Source: Thermoproteota archaeon
Lineage (GTDB): Archaea; Korarchaeota; Korarchaeia; Korarchaeales; JAOZGB01
Assembly: GCA_037917685.1 (NCBI GenBank)
Contig: JAVCBU010000006.1
Span: forward strand, 256,001 to 320,000
DNA length: 64,000 nucleotides
Direction of reading: 5' to 3'
Below the pieces are notes generated by a model, which worked only from the letters and a program-made list of their open reading frames with translations, did not search any database and had not been told where the DNA came from. Of the stretch, positions 9,729 to 19,584 are shown in pieces. Made by a program: the position numbers and the translations under genes. The first letter of the stretch is position 1. Every line of letters starts with the position of its first letter.

Positions 9729-11333
9729 ATGGCTGAGTCGAAAGCAAAGGAAGTGCCAGCGGGAATACCGGTTCTCGTTTTGAAGGAGGGAACTCGAAGG
9801 ACAACGGGTAGAGAAGCAATGTTGCAAAATATAACTGTGGCTAAAACCCTATCGGAAGTTTTGAGAACAACTCTTGGTCCCAAAGGGATGCAAAAGATGC
9901 TTGTCGATTCCTTTGGAGATGTTGTAATAACCAATGACGGAGCAACTGTCATGAAGGAGATAGAGGTTGAGCATCCAACTGCAAAGATGTTGGTTGAAGT
10001 TGCTAAAACACAGGACCAAGAGGCGGGAGACGGAACCACTACCTCAGTTATCCTAGCTGGAGAGCTTCTAGGGAATGCTCAGGAGCTTCTAGAGCTAAAC
10101 ATACATCCAACCATAATAGTTAAAGGTTACAAGCTTGCAGCAGCAAAGGCGCTTGAGATTATAAGGGACTCCGCCGTCGAGGTAAAATGGGACGACAGAA
10201 ATGTTTTGAAGAAGGTTGCAATGATAGCATTAGGGTCCAAAACAAGCGGTATCCACAAAGAGTACCTGTCTGATCTGGCAGCTGAAGCAGCACTTAGAGT
10301 TGTACAGGAAAGGGATGGTAAAAGAATAGTTGATCTTGATGATATTAAAATCGAAAAGAAGGAGGGAGGTACGCTCACCGATACCAAACTTATCAACGGC
10401 ATAGTCATAGACAAGGAGATAGTTCATCCAGGCATGAAGAAGAGAGTACAAAATGCTAAGATAGCTCTTATAGAAAGTGCATTAGAAATTAAAAAGCTGG
10501 AATTCGACTCCAAGCTAAGCATAACATCTCCTGAGAAGATGAGGGCTTTCATGGAGCAGGAGAGAGAGCTCCTGAGAGAAATGGTTGAAAAAATAAAGAG
10601 CGTCGGTGCAAACTTTGTTTTCTGTCAGAAAGGAATCGATGACGTAGCACAGCATTACCTTGCGAAATATGGTATATCAGCGGTGAGACGTGTTAGAAAG
10701 TCCGACATGGAAAAGCTTGCAAAGGCAACAGGAGGAAAGGTAGTGGCAAATCTTAGAGACTTATCCATAGAAGATCTTGGAGTAGCAGAACTTGTGGAAG
10801 AGAGGAGAGTAGGAGAAGACAAGATGGTGTTCGTTGAAGGCTGCAAAAACCCCAAGGCCGTAACGATTCTAGTAAGAGGAGGCTCCAAACAAGTAATAGA
10901 TGAAGCGGAAAGATCGGTTCATGATGCACTATCGGTAATAAAGGATGTAATAGAAGATGCAACCATTGTTCCAGGAGGAGGCGCAATAGAAGCCGAAATT
11001 TCAATGAAACTAAGAGATTACGCCGAATCCGTTGGGGGTAAAGAGCAGAAGGCTATCGAAAGATTCGCAGACGCGGTAGAAGTCATACCAAGAACTCTCA
11101 TCGAGAATTCGGGATTTGACACGGTTACGAAAATGGCTGAACTTGTGAAGAAGCACCACGAAGGAATGAAAAATGCAGGGATAAACATATTTACAGGTGA
11201 TGTTGCGGACATGGTCGATCTCGGAGTCATAGAACCTGCGAGAGTGAAACTGCAAGCGATAAAGTCCGCGGCTGAAGCGGCAGAAACAATATTAAGAATA
11301 GACGACATAATAGCATCATCAAAAATAGAGTAG
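9729..11333 (+). CDS. ths: Thermosome (group II chaperonin) subunit
   Basis: TTLGPKG, ITNDGAT, GDGTTT, GGGAIE and ILRIDDII; SD GAGGTGA upstream. Confidence 0.97.
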   Translation: MAESKAKEVPAGIPVLVLKEGTRRTTGREAMLQNITVAKTLSEVLRTTLGPKGMQKMLVDSFGDVVITNDGATVMKEIEVEHPTAKMLVEVAKTQDQEAGDGTTTSVILAGELLGNAQELLELNIHPTIIVKGYKLAAAKALEIIRDSAVEVKWDDRNVLKKVAMIALGSKTSGIHKEYLSDLAAEAALRVVQERDGKRIVDLDDIKIEKKEGGTLTDTKLINGIVIDKEIVHPGMKKRVQNAKIALIESALEIKKLEFDSKLSITSPEKMRAFMEQERELLREMVEKIKSVGANFVFCQKGIDDVAQHYLAKYGISAVRRVRKSDMEKLAKATGGKVVANLRDLSIEDLGVAELVEERRVGEDKMVFVEGCKNPKAVTILVRGGSKQVIDEAERSVHDALSVIKDVIEDATIVPGGGAIEAEISMKLRDYAESVGGKEQKAIERFADAVEVIPRTLIENSGFDTVTKMAELVKKHHEGMKNAGINIFTGDVADMVDLGVIEPARVKLQAIKSAAEAAETILRIDDIIASSKIE

Positions 11334-11339
11334 ATCCAA

Positions 11340-11603
11340 ATGGTGAAAGAAAAGAAATCCGGGGGGGACTTAGGCCCTCCTTACCTCACAATTTATGAAA
11401 GAACAAGGATAATAGGGATCAGAACGGAACAGCTAGAAGCGGGAGCTAAACCTCTCTTGAAAGATATACCTGAAAATATTAAAGACCCTAAAAAAATAGC
11501 TGAACTTGAACTTGAGGCAGGTGTTCTCCCAATTTTAATAGAGAGGGTATCCTTATCTGGTAGGAGAAAAATAGTTCCCCTTAAGAAACTACTTGGGAAG
11601 TAA
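11340..11603 (+). CDS. rpoK: RNA polymerase subunit K (Rpo6)
   Basis: LTIYERTRIIGIRTEQLEAGA...IAELELEAGVLP. Confidence 0.9.
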   Translation: MVKEKKSGGDLGPPYLTIYERTRIIGIRTEQLEAGAKPLLKDIPENIKDPKKIAELELEAGVLPILIERVSLSGRRKIVPLKKLLGK

Positions 11604-11666
11604 AACATTTAAAAAAAGCCAGTATGGATATGAAGCCAAGAACCTACAACAAACAAGGTGACATGA

Positions 11667-11954
11667 ATGTCCGCAGAAGTAGGAACTGTATACATAGGAA
11701 ATAAGCCAGCCATCAACTACGTGATGGCTACGATTCTCCAAATAAACCAGGGAATAAACAGAATAGTTCTAAAAGCACGTGGAAGAGCTATCTCAAGAGC
11801 TGTTGATGTTGCAGAAATCGCCAGGCAGAAGTACCTTCCAGGCCGTCTGGAGGTAAGGGATATAAGAATAGGAACAGAGGAAATCCTAGCGGAGAACGGA
11901 ACAAGAAGAGACGTTAGCGTAATAGAGATCGAACTAGAGTACAAGCCAGAGTAA
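11667..11954 (+). CDS. albA: Chromatin protein Alba
   Basis: IGNKPAINYV, KARGRAISRAVDVAE and VSVIEI. Confidence 0.95.
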   Translation: MSAEVGTVYIGNKPAINYVMATILQINQGINRIVLKARGRAISRAVDVAEIARQKYLPGRLEVRDIRIGTEEILAENGTRRDVSVIEIELEYKPE

Positions 11955-11995
11955 TAGACTTCCTTCACCCTTTCTTTACATTTTGGTGGTAAATC

Positions 11996-12145
11996 ATGGG
12001 CGTAAGAGTTGAGGTTAGAGGAAGCAAGGGGGAATTAGAAGAAAAAACATGTCAAAATTGTTCATCGATCTTTTATATAAACCCACGCAAGAAGAGAACA
12101 GTTGCCTATTGTCCAGTTTGCGGATTCAAAATAAAGCTTAAGTAA
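11996..12145 (+). CDS. 49-aa zinc-ribbon microprotein (CxxC...CPxCG)
   Basis: Below the ORF-track cutoff: MGVRVEVRGSKGELEEKTCQNCSSIFYINPRKKRTVAYCPVCGFKIKLK; GGTGG SD-like sequence upstream; fills the gap between albA and rps26e. Confidence 0.75.
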   Translation: MGVRVEVRGSKGELEEKTCQNCSSIFYINPRKKRTVAYCPVCGFKIKLK

Positions 12146-12185
12146 AGAAAAATTTATGATTAAGGGTTAAGCTTTCAATAGTGAA

Positions 12186-12521
12186 ATGGCTAAAAAGAGG
12201 AAGAACAGAGGTAGAAAGCTTAGCGGAGCTGGTCATCAAAGGACAGTTCAGTGTTACCAATGTAACAAAGTAATTCCAGCCGATAAAGCAGTTAAAGTCA
12301 CAAGGCGATACCTCGTCCTAGATAGCTCATTAGCAAGAGAGTTAAAAAAACAGGGAACCTTTATATCCAGTAGGAAAGAGACTAAATATTACTGTGTAAG
12401 TTGCGCCGTATACCTTGGAATTGTAAAGGTACGTAGCAGAGAGGAGAGGAAGATTAGGGTACCACTTCAAGTAGGGGAAAGAAAGGTAAAGCAGGGCCCC
12501 CCGCCGCGCATTAAAATCTAA
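12186..12521 (+). CDS. rps26e: 30S ribosomal protein S26e
   Basis: MAKKRKNRGR, VQCYQC, PADKAVK and YCVSCAVYLGIVKVRS. Confidence 0.95.
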   Translation: MAKKRKNRGRKLSGAGHQRTVQCYQCNKVIPADKAVKVTRRYLVLDSSLARELKKQGTFISSRKETKYYCVSCAVYLGIVKVRSREERKIRVPLQVGERKVKQGPPPRIKI

Positions 12522-12913
12522 AATTTCGATATTATCAATGAGATTGCGATGATTATAAAGACCTCCGCAATTAAGATGTAGAGGAGGAGACGTTTAATTC
12601 CTTCTATCTTTACGCGATATATTTCATCCCGTAAGATGTCATATTCTGAGATAGCCTGCTCAATACTAATTTCTCCGGAGATCAGACGGTGTTCTAGTGA
12701 ATTTATTCTTTCTAAGTAGTGCGATACGTCTATACCAGTTATTTTAGGAATTCTGAGATCCTGCCTAAGACTATTCAGATCTTCTAATAATCTTAATTTT
12801 ACACTTAATTCTCCAGTTGAGTTCTGACATGGATAGGTAATAAAATAACCCCTCTCCAGTTGCAGCAAAGCCAATATGCTTAACACTACAAGAAGAGTAT
12901 ACGTCTTGTTCAA
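12518..12913 (-). CDS. Hypothetical membrane protein
   Basis: N- and C-terminal hydrophobic segments around a helical region; follows AMP phosphorylase on the same strand. Confidence 0.55.
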   Translation of the reverse strand: MNKTYTLLVVLSILALLQLERGYFITYPCQNSTGELSVKLRLLEDLNSLRQDLRIPKITGIDVSHYLERINSLEHRLISGEISIEQAISEYDILRDEIYRVKIEGIKRLLLYILIAEVFIIIAISLIISKF

Positions 12914-12947
12914 TCTATATATTGATTATCATACATGCTTTAAAATT

Positions 12948-14486
12948 CTATTCCAGTATAAACTTATCTCTAACTACTTTTAGAATCATTCCCTCAACAG
13001 CTATAGGCTTCCTACTCAAAGCAACTTTGATAGCTTCCTCAAGTCGAGCCTCACTACTGCTATAAATATCGTAAAGGGTATCCCCAATACTAACTTTATC
13101 TCCTCTTTTCACATAGAGATAAATGCCAGCGCCACTATCCCTAGGAGCCCCTGCTGCTCTTGCTATTTCCACAAAAGCCCTGTTCGACACCGCTGTGACA
13201 AATCCCTCAACTTGACTTTTAACTGAGTATTTATATTGGCCGATCTCGATATCCTCTGGTTTAATGTCAGGGTTACCTCCTTGCTCTCTAATTATCATCT
13301 TCATCCTTTCATAAGCTTTCCCAGTCTCTAAAATATGCCACGCAGCAGCCTCACCTTTACCCGGTGCGGCTGCACCTCCCATTTCTAATAGCAGGCCAGC
13401 TATAGAGACTGCTTTTTCGACAATGCTTCTTGAACATTTCCCGCCTGTCATCAAACATATTAACGCCTCCTTTGCCTCCAGAGCAGGACCGATGGCCCTA
13501 CCTACAGGCTGACCACCATATGAGATTGCTACCTCAATATTTATTCCAAGTCTTGACCCTATTTCCCTGAATTTATTAGCCATTTCAGTAGCTTCCTTCA
13601 CGGTCTCTACCTTCGCCTCTTCTCCAGTAGGTATATCTAAAACAAGGTTCTTCACTGATGCCGCCAGCTTTTTTGAAAGGATAGATGCGAACATTAAGGG
13701 TTCAGGATCTAGTGAAAGGGGAAACTCAACGCGGGAAATAAGGATGTCATCTACAGGCGAGATGTTCGCAGTTTTAGTCCATGCTATGGTCCCCCTAACC
13801 TTTAAACAAGCTTCAACTATCTCCTCTGCAGTCAAATCTACAGGGGCTAGAACCTCCATCGTATCCACAGTTCCTGATGGGCTTGTTATGGCTCTAGTGC
13901 TGGTTTTAGGAATGTGTAAACCAGCCTCAGCAACTATGGGAACAATTATAAGGGTATCCTTACTTGTGCCAGGTACTCCTCCGATGCCGTGCTTGTCGAA
14001 AACTGTTATATCACCAAATTCCAGCTTGTTTCCAGCTTCAGCCATAGCCTTGGTAAGGCTAACAATCTCATCAGTAGACATGCCATGAAATTCAAGGGCT
14101 GTTACAAACGCGGCAAGTTCAGCGTCGCTTACAAGCCCCTCTTTAATATCATTTATGAGATCAAATATCTCTTCTTCGGAAAGTTCTTCTCCCCTTAGCT
14201 TGTTCTTCAAATACTTTACAGTGGAGGGTGCTTCCACTCCTTTAACGTAAACATAGGAGCCATCATCCACCTCTAGGCTCCTAGAAGCCTCGGAGAAAAG
14301 ACCTATCTCACCTCTCTTGATTATATCTCCACTGGTTATACTAACTATCGCGACTATAGACTTGTGATCCGTTGAGACCCTAACCCTACTGTTCGTCCAT
14401 ATGCCATATTTTTCTGCGTCTTCAGCATTCATTAAGATTCTTACATCGCCTAAAGCCATGTCTAAGATTCTAACTCTGAACTTCAT
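12948..14486 (-). CDS. AMP phosphorylase (archaeal thymidine phosphorylase family), paralog 1
   Basis: 512 aa with the extra N-terminal domain; DKHGIGGVPG, PKTSTRAITSPSGT, SILSKK, IGPALEA and ARAAGAP. Confidence 0.88.
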   Translation of the reverse strand: MKFRVRILDMALGDVRILMNAEDAEKYGIWTNSRVRVSTDHKSIVAIVSITSGDIIKRGEIGLFSEASRSLEVDDGSYVYVKGVEAPSTVKYLKNKLRGEELSEEEIFDLINDIKEGLVSDAELAAFVTALEFHGMSTDEIVSLTKAMAEAGNKLEFGDITVFDKHGIGGVPGTSKDTLIIVPIVAEAGLHIPKTSTRAITSPSGTVDTMEVLAPVDLTAEEIVEACLKVRGTIAWTKTANISPVDDILISRVEFPLSLDPEPLMFASILSKKLAASVKNLVLDIPTGEEAKVETVKEATEMANKFREIGSRLGINIEVAISYGGQPVGRAIGPALEAKEALICLMTGGKCSRSIVEKAVSIAGLLLEMGGAAAPGKGEAAAWHILETGKAYERMKMIIREQGGNPDIKPEDIEIGQYKYSVKSQVEGFVTAVSNRAFVEIARAAGAPRDSGAGIYLYVKRGDKVSIGDTLYDIYSSSEARLEEAIKVALSRKPIAVEGMILKVVRDKFILE

Positions 14487-14501
14487 AATTCATCAACCTT
14501 A

Positions 14502-15833
14502 TTGTGGGAAAATATCATAATGCAGAATGGCCTTAATAAAATTACCGGTATGGATGCAGTCAAATACTATATAATAAGCTTTGGTTGTGCAATGAACAAG
14601 GCTGACGGAATGATAATGGAAGGTATACTTCTAAAATCCGGGTTTGCAAAAGTCAAATCTCCAGAGGAAGCCGATGTTATAATTCTTAATACATGTAATG
14701 TTAAAGGCCCGACAGAAAGCAGAATGGTTCACTACGCTAGAAAACTTTCATCTACTGGGAAACCCTTAGTAGTAACCGGGTGCATGGCTGTCACCCAGAA
14801 GAATCTCCTTAAAAGGTACTCAAAGGTATTCCTAGGACCTAGGGCAATAGATAAGATTGTAAATGCTTGTAGTTACGCGTTGAGAGGAATCGAATTTTCA
14901 TGTTATCACGGAGAACCCATCAAAACGTGCCTTCCAACACCACAGTACACTGGCATCACAGCCATTGTTCCCGTTGAGGAAGGATGCTTAGGCTCCTGTA
15001 CATATTGCATCACAAGATTTGCAAGGGGGAAACTGAAAAGCTACCCATTGAACAGTATAATAGAGAGAATAAAGCTCTATATCCGAAAAGGCGCCAAAGA
15101 AATCTTCTTAACAGGCCAAGATATTTCAGCGTATGGAAAAGACATCGGATTGACAATCATCGACTTATTAGAAGCAGTAACACGAATAGAGGGAAGTTTC
15201 AGAGTGAGAGTAGGCATGCTTAATCCACTACATGTAGTAGATAGGGTAGAAGAGCTGGTTAAAGTCTACCGGGATGAAAAAATTTACAAGTTTTTCCACA
15301 TACCTGTACAAAGTGGGAGCGATAAAATATTATCGTTAATGGGTAGAAACTACAGCGTAAAAGATTTTCTAAAGATCATCGAAACTGTAAGAAAGGCCTA
15401 TCCTTATGGGACCCTCTCCACCGATGTAATCGTTGGATTCCCCTCTGAGACCGAGCAGGACTTTATGGACACAGTTAAGCTGATAGAAACCGTTAAACCA
15501 GAAATAGTTAACATATCTCGTTTTTCGCCGAGACCCGGAACTAAAGCAGCCAATATGGAGCAACTTCCCAAACACATAGTTAAGAATAGAAGTAGGAGGC
15601 TTACAGAAATATCCCGGAGAATCAAGTATAAGAGGAACAAACAGCTCTTGGGAAAAGAGTTCGCCGCGCTGGTTGTTAAAAATATTGGTAGCTGGTTTAT
15701 GGCTAGAACAGATGTATATAGGCCAGTTATAATTAGCAAAGCTAAGCTAGGCGCTTTCATAAGGGTAAAGGTGGTAGATGCAACTTCAAGAGGCCTAATT
15801 GGAGTAGTCCTAAACAATATAAGTAGTAGGTGA
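14502..15833 (+). CDS. mtaB: tRNA t6A37 methylthiotransferase (archaeal MtaB/MiaB-like radical SAM); true start may be 14520 or 14550
   Basis: UPF0004 cysteines (GCAMN, NTC, TGC), CLGSCTYC, HIPVQSGS and a C-terminal TRAM domain. Confidence 0.85.
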   Translation: MWENIIMQNGLNKITGMDAVKYYIISFGCAMNKADGMIMEGILLKSGFAKVKSPEEADVIILNTCNVKGPTESRMVHYARKLSSTGKPLVVTGCMAVTQKNLLKRYSKVFLGPRAIDKIVNACSYALRGIEFSCYHGEPIKTCLPTPQYTGITAIVPVEEGCLGSCTYCITRFARGKLKSYPLNSIIERIKLYIRKGAKEIFLTGQDISAYGKDIGLTIIDLLEAVTRIEGSFRVRVGMLNPLHVVDRVEELVKVYRDEKIYKFFHIPVQSGSDKILSLMGRNYSVKDFLKIIETVRKAYPYGTLSTDVIVGFPSETEQDFMDTVKLIETVKPEIVNISRFSPRPGTKAANMEQLPKHIVKNRSRRLTEISRRIKYKRNKQLLGKEFAALVVKNIGSWFMARTDVYRPVIISKAKLGAFIRVKVVDATSRGLIGVVLNNISSR

Positions 15834-15839
15834 AAGGAA

Positions 15840-17090
15840 GTGATGATGCCTGTAGATTACTATATGGCTACCAGGAGATGTAGACTTGTAAACTTAGCAT
15901 CCCAGCTCCAAAATCCTACTCTCGTGAGGATAGATATTAATGTCCCTTTAAAGAACGGTAGAATTATAGAGAACAGCTTGCGACTTGACGTATACGCTCA
16001 CGTGCTAGAGCTACTCTCTGAATACACTGGACTTGTAGTGCTAGCACATCAAGGGAGGCCTGGCGAGCCAGAGCTAATACCGCTTAGGCAGCACTGGATC
16101 ATATTGAGAAAGTTACTTCCATCCGAAATAGATATAGAGTATATCCCAGCAGATAAAATGTTAACAAAAGAAACCAAGGAGAAAATTTTGAAACTAGAGG
16201 TCAGGCAGATCATCTTAATGGACAATGTAAGACTTTTAAGAGATGAATACAACTTCGGTCCTGAAGCAGCGCTCTACCGGTTTTTCAAAGGGACAATAAA
16301 GACATGTGTAAATGATGCAATACCTGTATGGCATAGAAACCACACGAGCTTAATGATGCTCCCTTACATAGGAAAGACCTACGTTGGGATAAGATCGACC
16401 TACGAGCTAAAAGCTATATGGGATATAAACCATTCTTCCGAGACGTGCGGGATAATTATAGGTGGAAGCAAGTTTGAAAAGGCAGACTACATGTTCAGGC
16501 TACTTAAAAGGATGGACGCGTTTACAGGGGGCATCCCAGCCCAACTTGTTCTTATAGCAAAGGGATACGACATAGGAAGTAGAAACGAAGAATACGTGAA
16601 GGCTCATCTTAAACCAGAGCAGCTTCAGATCGCCAGGGAAATAGTCAGAAGATTTGACGTTAAACACCCGATAGATTTCGTTGTGTTAGAAAATAAAGTA
16701 CCAAAAGTGGTCCCACTTGAGAATTTAGGAGATTCAAAGGGATTGATAGTTGACATTGGCCCTGAAACCGTATATCTCTATGCAGACATGCTTCAGGAGA
16801 AGGAGATTAGAATAAGAGCTGGACCTCTTGGAATGTATGAATTAGGGTTTGGAAACGGGCTTAAACTTACTAAGATGATAGCGGGGAACGGATTGATATT
16901 TGTTGGAGGAGATACTACTCAAGAGCTAGTGATGTACAACATGGAGGAGGTGATTTCAAGAACAGGTGGCCTAGTGCTTATAAGTGGCAATGCTTTCCTT
17001 CACGGGCTCTCTGGTTTTAATTATCCATCAGTAGACTTGATAATAAAACAAGCGGAGGACAAGCTTCCCCCTATTCAATCTTTATCTTAG
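15840..17090 (+). CDS. Divergent phosphoglycerate kinase family protein
   Basis: RIDINVP, AHQGRP, VNDA...HR, DIGPET, GPLGMYE and GGDT retained; GGAK reads GGSK and STGGGA reads ISGNA. Confidence 0.75.
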   Translation: MMMPVDYYMATRRCRLVNLASQLQNPTLVRIDINVPLKNGRIIENSLRLDVYAHVLELLSEYTGLVVLAHQGRPGEPELIPLRQHWIILRKLLPSEIDIEYIPADKMLTKETKEKILKLEVRQIILMDNVRLLRDEYNFGPEAALYRFFKGTIKTCVNDAIPVWHRNHTSLMMLPYIGKTYVGIRSTYELKAIWDINHSSETCGIIIGGSKFEKADYMFRLLKRMDAFTGGIPAQLVLIAKGYDIGSRNEEYVKAHLKPEQLQIAREIVRRFDVKHPIDFVVLENKVPKVVPLENLGDSKGLIVDIGPETVYLYADMLQEKEIRIRAGPLGMYELGFGNGLKLTKMIAGNGLIFVGGDTTQELVMYNMEEVISRTGGLVLISGNAFLHGLSGFNYPSVDLIIKQAEDKLPPIQSLS

Positions 17091-17631
17091 TCCCCTTTCT
17101 AGCCTCCTTCTTTTTAACTCTTACCTCTAATATACCATTATTAAATGAGGCTTTTGATGTTTTTGGATCTACAGGTACTGGTATCGACTTCACGGTTTCA
17201 TATTTTCTATCTTTCCTCTCAGCTTTTATGTAGATGCTATCCTCCCTCATCTCAAGCTCTATATCCTCCTTGTTCACCCCAGGAAGCTCGGCTATAATCA
17301 CTATTTCATCATCCTCCTCCATTATGTCTATTAACGGTTCCCTCTTATCACTCACCACCGGCCTCCCAGCGATTCCTGGCCTTACATTTCCAAACTCCCT
17401 GAACACAGGTTTACCATCAGGTCCAATGCTGTACGAAAATCCGTAGACTATAGGACCTACCTCTCTAATGGTTCCATATGGGGTCTTACGTTCTCTCACG
17501 AGCTCCTCAGGAAATGAAATCATATCCTCAAACATTTCCTCCATCATTTCCCTAAAATACTCAAAAATGTCCATTTCTCCCTCGAAATCCTCCGGAAATC
17601 TTCTTTTACGTCTCCACCAAGACAAGTTCAT
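17071..17631 (-). CDS. hsp20: Small heat shock protein Hsp20
   Basis: GPIVYGFS...FREFGNV, REPLIDI, AELPGV and NNGILEV; start moved from 17685 to 17631 (or TTG at 17625) because of a GGTGA SD. Confidence 0.92.
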   Translation of the reverse strand: MNLSWWRRKRRFPEDFEGEMDIFEYFREMMEEMFEDMISFPEELVRERKTPYGTIREVGPIVYGFSYSIGPDGKPVFREFGNVRPGIAGRPVVSDKREPLIDIMEEDDEIVIIAELPGVNKEDIELEMREDSIYIKAERKDRKYETVKSIPVPVDPKTSKASFNNGILEVRVKKKEARKGTKIKIE

Positions 17632-17742
17632 CACCTTAACTATAATAGCTCCTGCTTCCAATATTAAAATTTCAACAGACAACAATTAGGAGGATAATCT
17701 TCGACGTTCAATTTCAACCTTTAAATTTTAGAGTTACCCTTC

Positions 17743-18252
17743 TTGATTATAGTGGAAGAGAACCTGAAAAACCTGTTTATTTCCATAATCGCCAGATCTG
17801 GCAGAGTTGAAGGAATAAAATACTCAACTTTGAAGAAAATATTTGGTCAAGATATTGATAATATGCTTGAAAAACTAAATGAGAGGATCAAAGACCTTGG
17901 ACTTAAAGTGGAGAGAATAAAGAGAGGCAACAGAGTAACTATTAAACCTCTAAGCCCGGTATCAAGTATTAAATTAACTCCCTTAGATAGCAACGCACTT
18001 GCAGCATTGGCTATCATCCTTGCCTTAATTGTTCTAAAGCAAGAGGCTGTCGACAAAGAAGATTACTTTAAAATAATGGAAAGGAAGGTTGGCCGAACTG
18101 AAGCCAAGATCTGTCTTGGAGAGCTTATCAGGGACGGATATATTGAGGAAAGAGGTGGGAAACTGTTTGCTGGTTGGAGATCTGAAGTTGAAGTTGACAT
18201 GGAAAAGCTGAGAGATAAAATTGTTAAGACAATAGAGGAGATGTCAAAATGA
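17743..18252 (+). CDS. Hypothetical protein, possible tandem winged-helix (kite-like)
   Basis: Fills the gap and overlaps the trm112 start; LxxLxxxGYI...GWRSEVE pattern. Confidence 0.6.
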   Translation: MIIVEENLKNLFISIIARSGRVEGIKYSTLKKIFGQDIDNMLEKLNERIKDLGLKVERIKRGNRVTIKPLSPVSSIKLTPLDSNALAALAIILALIVLKQEAVDKEDYFKIMERKVGRTEAKICLGELIRDGYIEERGGKLFAGWRSEVEVDMEKLRDKIVKTIEEMSK

Positions 18253-18611
18253 AATACAGGGATCTCAATGTTTTAGTATGCCCTGAATGCAAAAGTTTTC
18301 CTCTAAAAATGTGGATAATCGAGAGAGAGAAGGGTGATAAACGATTCTTGAGTAGTAGATGCGAAAGATACTGTGCATTCCGAGGCTTAAGTGATCAACT
18401 ATCAGAAATTAACATCTCTACGTGTGAAGAATGCCAGATGTACGAAATAAGAGCAGGACTCCTCTTATGCAATAAATGTAAAAGGTGGTATCCAATATTT
18501 GAGGGGGTACCTGTATTATTCAAAGCTGCACAGAGAAACAGGGAAGTGGAAAAAGAGTTCCTCAAAAAATATGGAAGCAGGTTGCCTAAAGAGATTAAAG
18601 TTGAAGAATAA
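18249..18611 (+). CDS. trm112: Trm112 family methyltransferase activator
   Basis: LVCPECK...GLLLCNKCKRWYPIFEGVPVL with an internal Cys-rich insert. Confidence 0.85.
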   Translation: MKYRDLNVLVCPECKSFPLKMWIIEREKGDKRFLSSRCERYCAFRGLSDQLSEINISTCEECQMYEIRAGLLLCNKCKRWYPIFEGVPVLFKAAQRNREVEKEFLKKYGSRLPKEIKVEE

Positions 18612-19107
18612 ACCTCCTCTGAAGCTCGATTACCTCAGAACTGTTTTCAGCTTGGGAGTAGGCCTCTAAGTAATCCTTGTTCATATTGACAAAAACAATA
18701 CCCCATTTAAATATCGAAGCAAGCTTCAAAGCTAGTGCTTTAAAATCCATTATATACAAAGCTGCTACTGTAGCCTCTAAACTAGAAAGTTTAGCAGGTT
18801 TACCGAAATTGATGGGATTAGCAGCGATAAGGAAAGGCAGTGATCTCTGAGTACCCATAGGAAACTTTCCATATTTTAGCTTTGCCCAGGATGCATCCAC
18901 AACGATTAAACCCCGTTTAACAGCTACTTCCCTATCTGCTTTGCTAAGGGCAATCTTGGAGAATGGATTGAGAACGACACCTCGTGGAACCTGTTTAAAG
19001 TCTCGAACAATGGTTCCGAAACCCATCCTCTTCATCTTTTTCCCTGTGCACTTCTTAGGATCGCACTCTCCATAATGGAGAATATAAATTCTAACAGCAT
19101 TCTTCAT
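18595..19107 (-). CDS. tsr3: SSU rRNA aminocarboxypropyltransferase Tsr3
   Basis: CDPKKCTG, DASW, RSLPFLIAANPINFG, KLSSLEA and FKWG. Confidence 0.92.
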   Translation of the reverse strand: MKNAVRIYILHYGECDPKKCTGKKMKRMGFGTIVRDFKQVPRGVVLNPFSKIALSKADREVAVKRGLIVVDASWAKLKYGKFPMGTQRSLPFLIAANPINFGKPAKLSSLEATVAALYIMDFKALALKLASIFKWGIVFVNMNKDYLEAYSQAENSSEVIELQRRFILQL

Positions 19108-19525
19108 TCTTCACCATCATGTTAAACCTTTCAATGTCACAGAAATTCCTTTCAATCCAATGCACAACTCCCTGTATTTGCCTTGGAAAACCTTCAATAA
19201 GGGCTAACATATTTCTTACTGTTTCATCGACATGCCCTCCATACTGTACTATCAAATTCTTAATAGTAGAATAAAGCCTTCCTCCTTCATGATCAAAGTC
19301 TGTTAGAATAATAAATGATCTCCGGGACCCTATAGCTCTCTCTCCATCATTCATAACTCTACTAATGAATATGGACGCATATGCGTATTTTCCATTCACT
19401 CCAAGGCTTTCCAAAGCGCTTTTGTCCTTAACCCCCTCTACTATCACAAGAGAACCCGTTCTGGCGAGAAATCTAAGCCTTCTAAAGGCTTCTAACAGTT
19501 TTAACTGTCTCTCAGATGGCTTCAT
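19091..19525 (-). CDS. Small Toprim domain protein
   Basis: IVEGVKD and ILTDFDHEG. Confidence 0.85.
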   Translation of the reverse strand: MKPSERQLKLLEAFRRLRFLARTGSLVIVEGVKDKSALESLGVNGKYAYASIFISRVMNDGERAIGSRRSFIILTDFDHEGGRLYSTIKNLIVQYGGHVDETVRNMLALIEGFPRQIQGVVHWIERNFCDIERFNMMVKNEECC

Positions 19526-19584
19526 CTTACTCTTCTATAATTGTAGATCATGATTTAAAATTATAACCACCCCCTAGAATACCA

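Noticed and set aside
11331-11342. The thermosome TAG is in frame with rpoK 6 nt later, suggesting amber readthrough or a fusion
   Set aside because: In-frame spacing has a one-in-three chance, both proteins look complete alone, and no pyrrolysine genes are in the window
11996-12145. Microprotein as RNA polymerase subunit P (Rpo12)
   Set aside because: It has a long pre-Cys N-terminus and lacks the C-terminal tail typical of Rpo12
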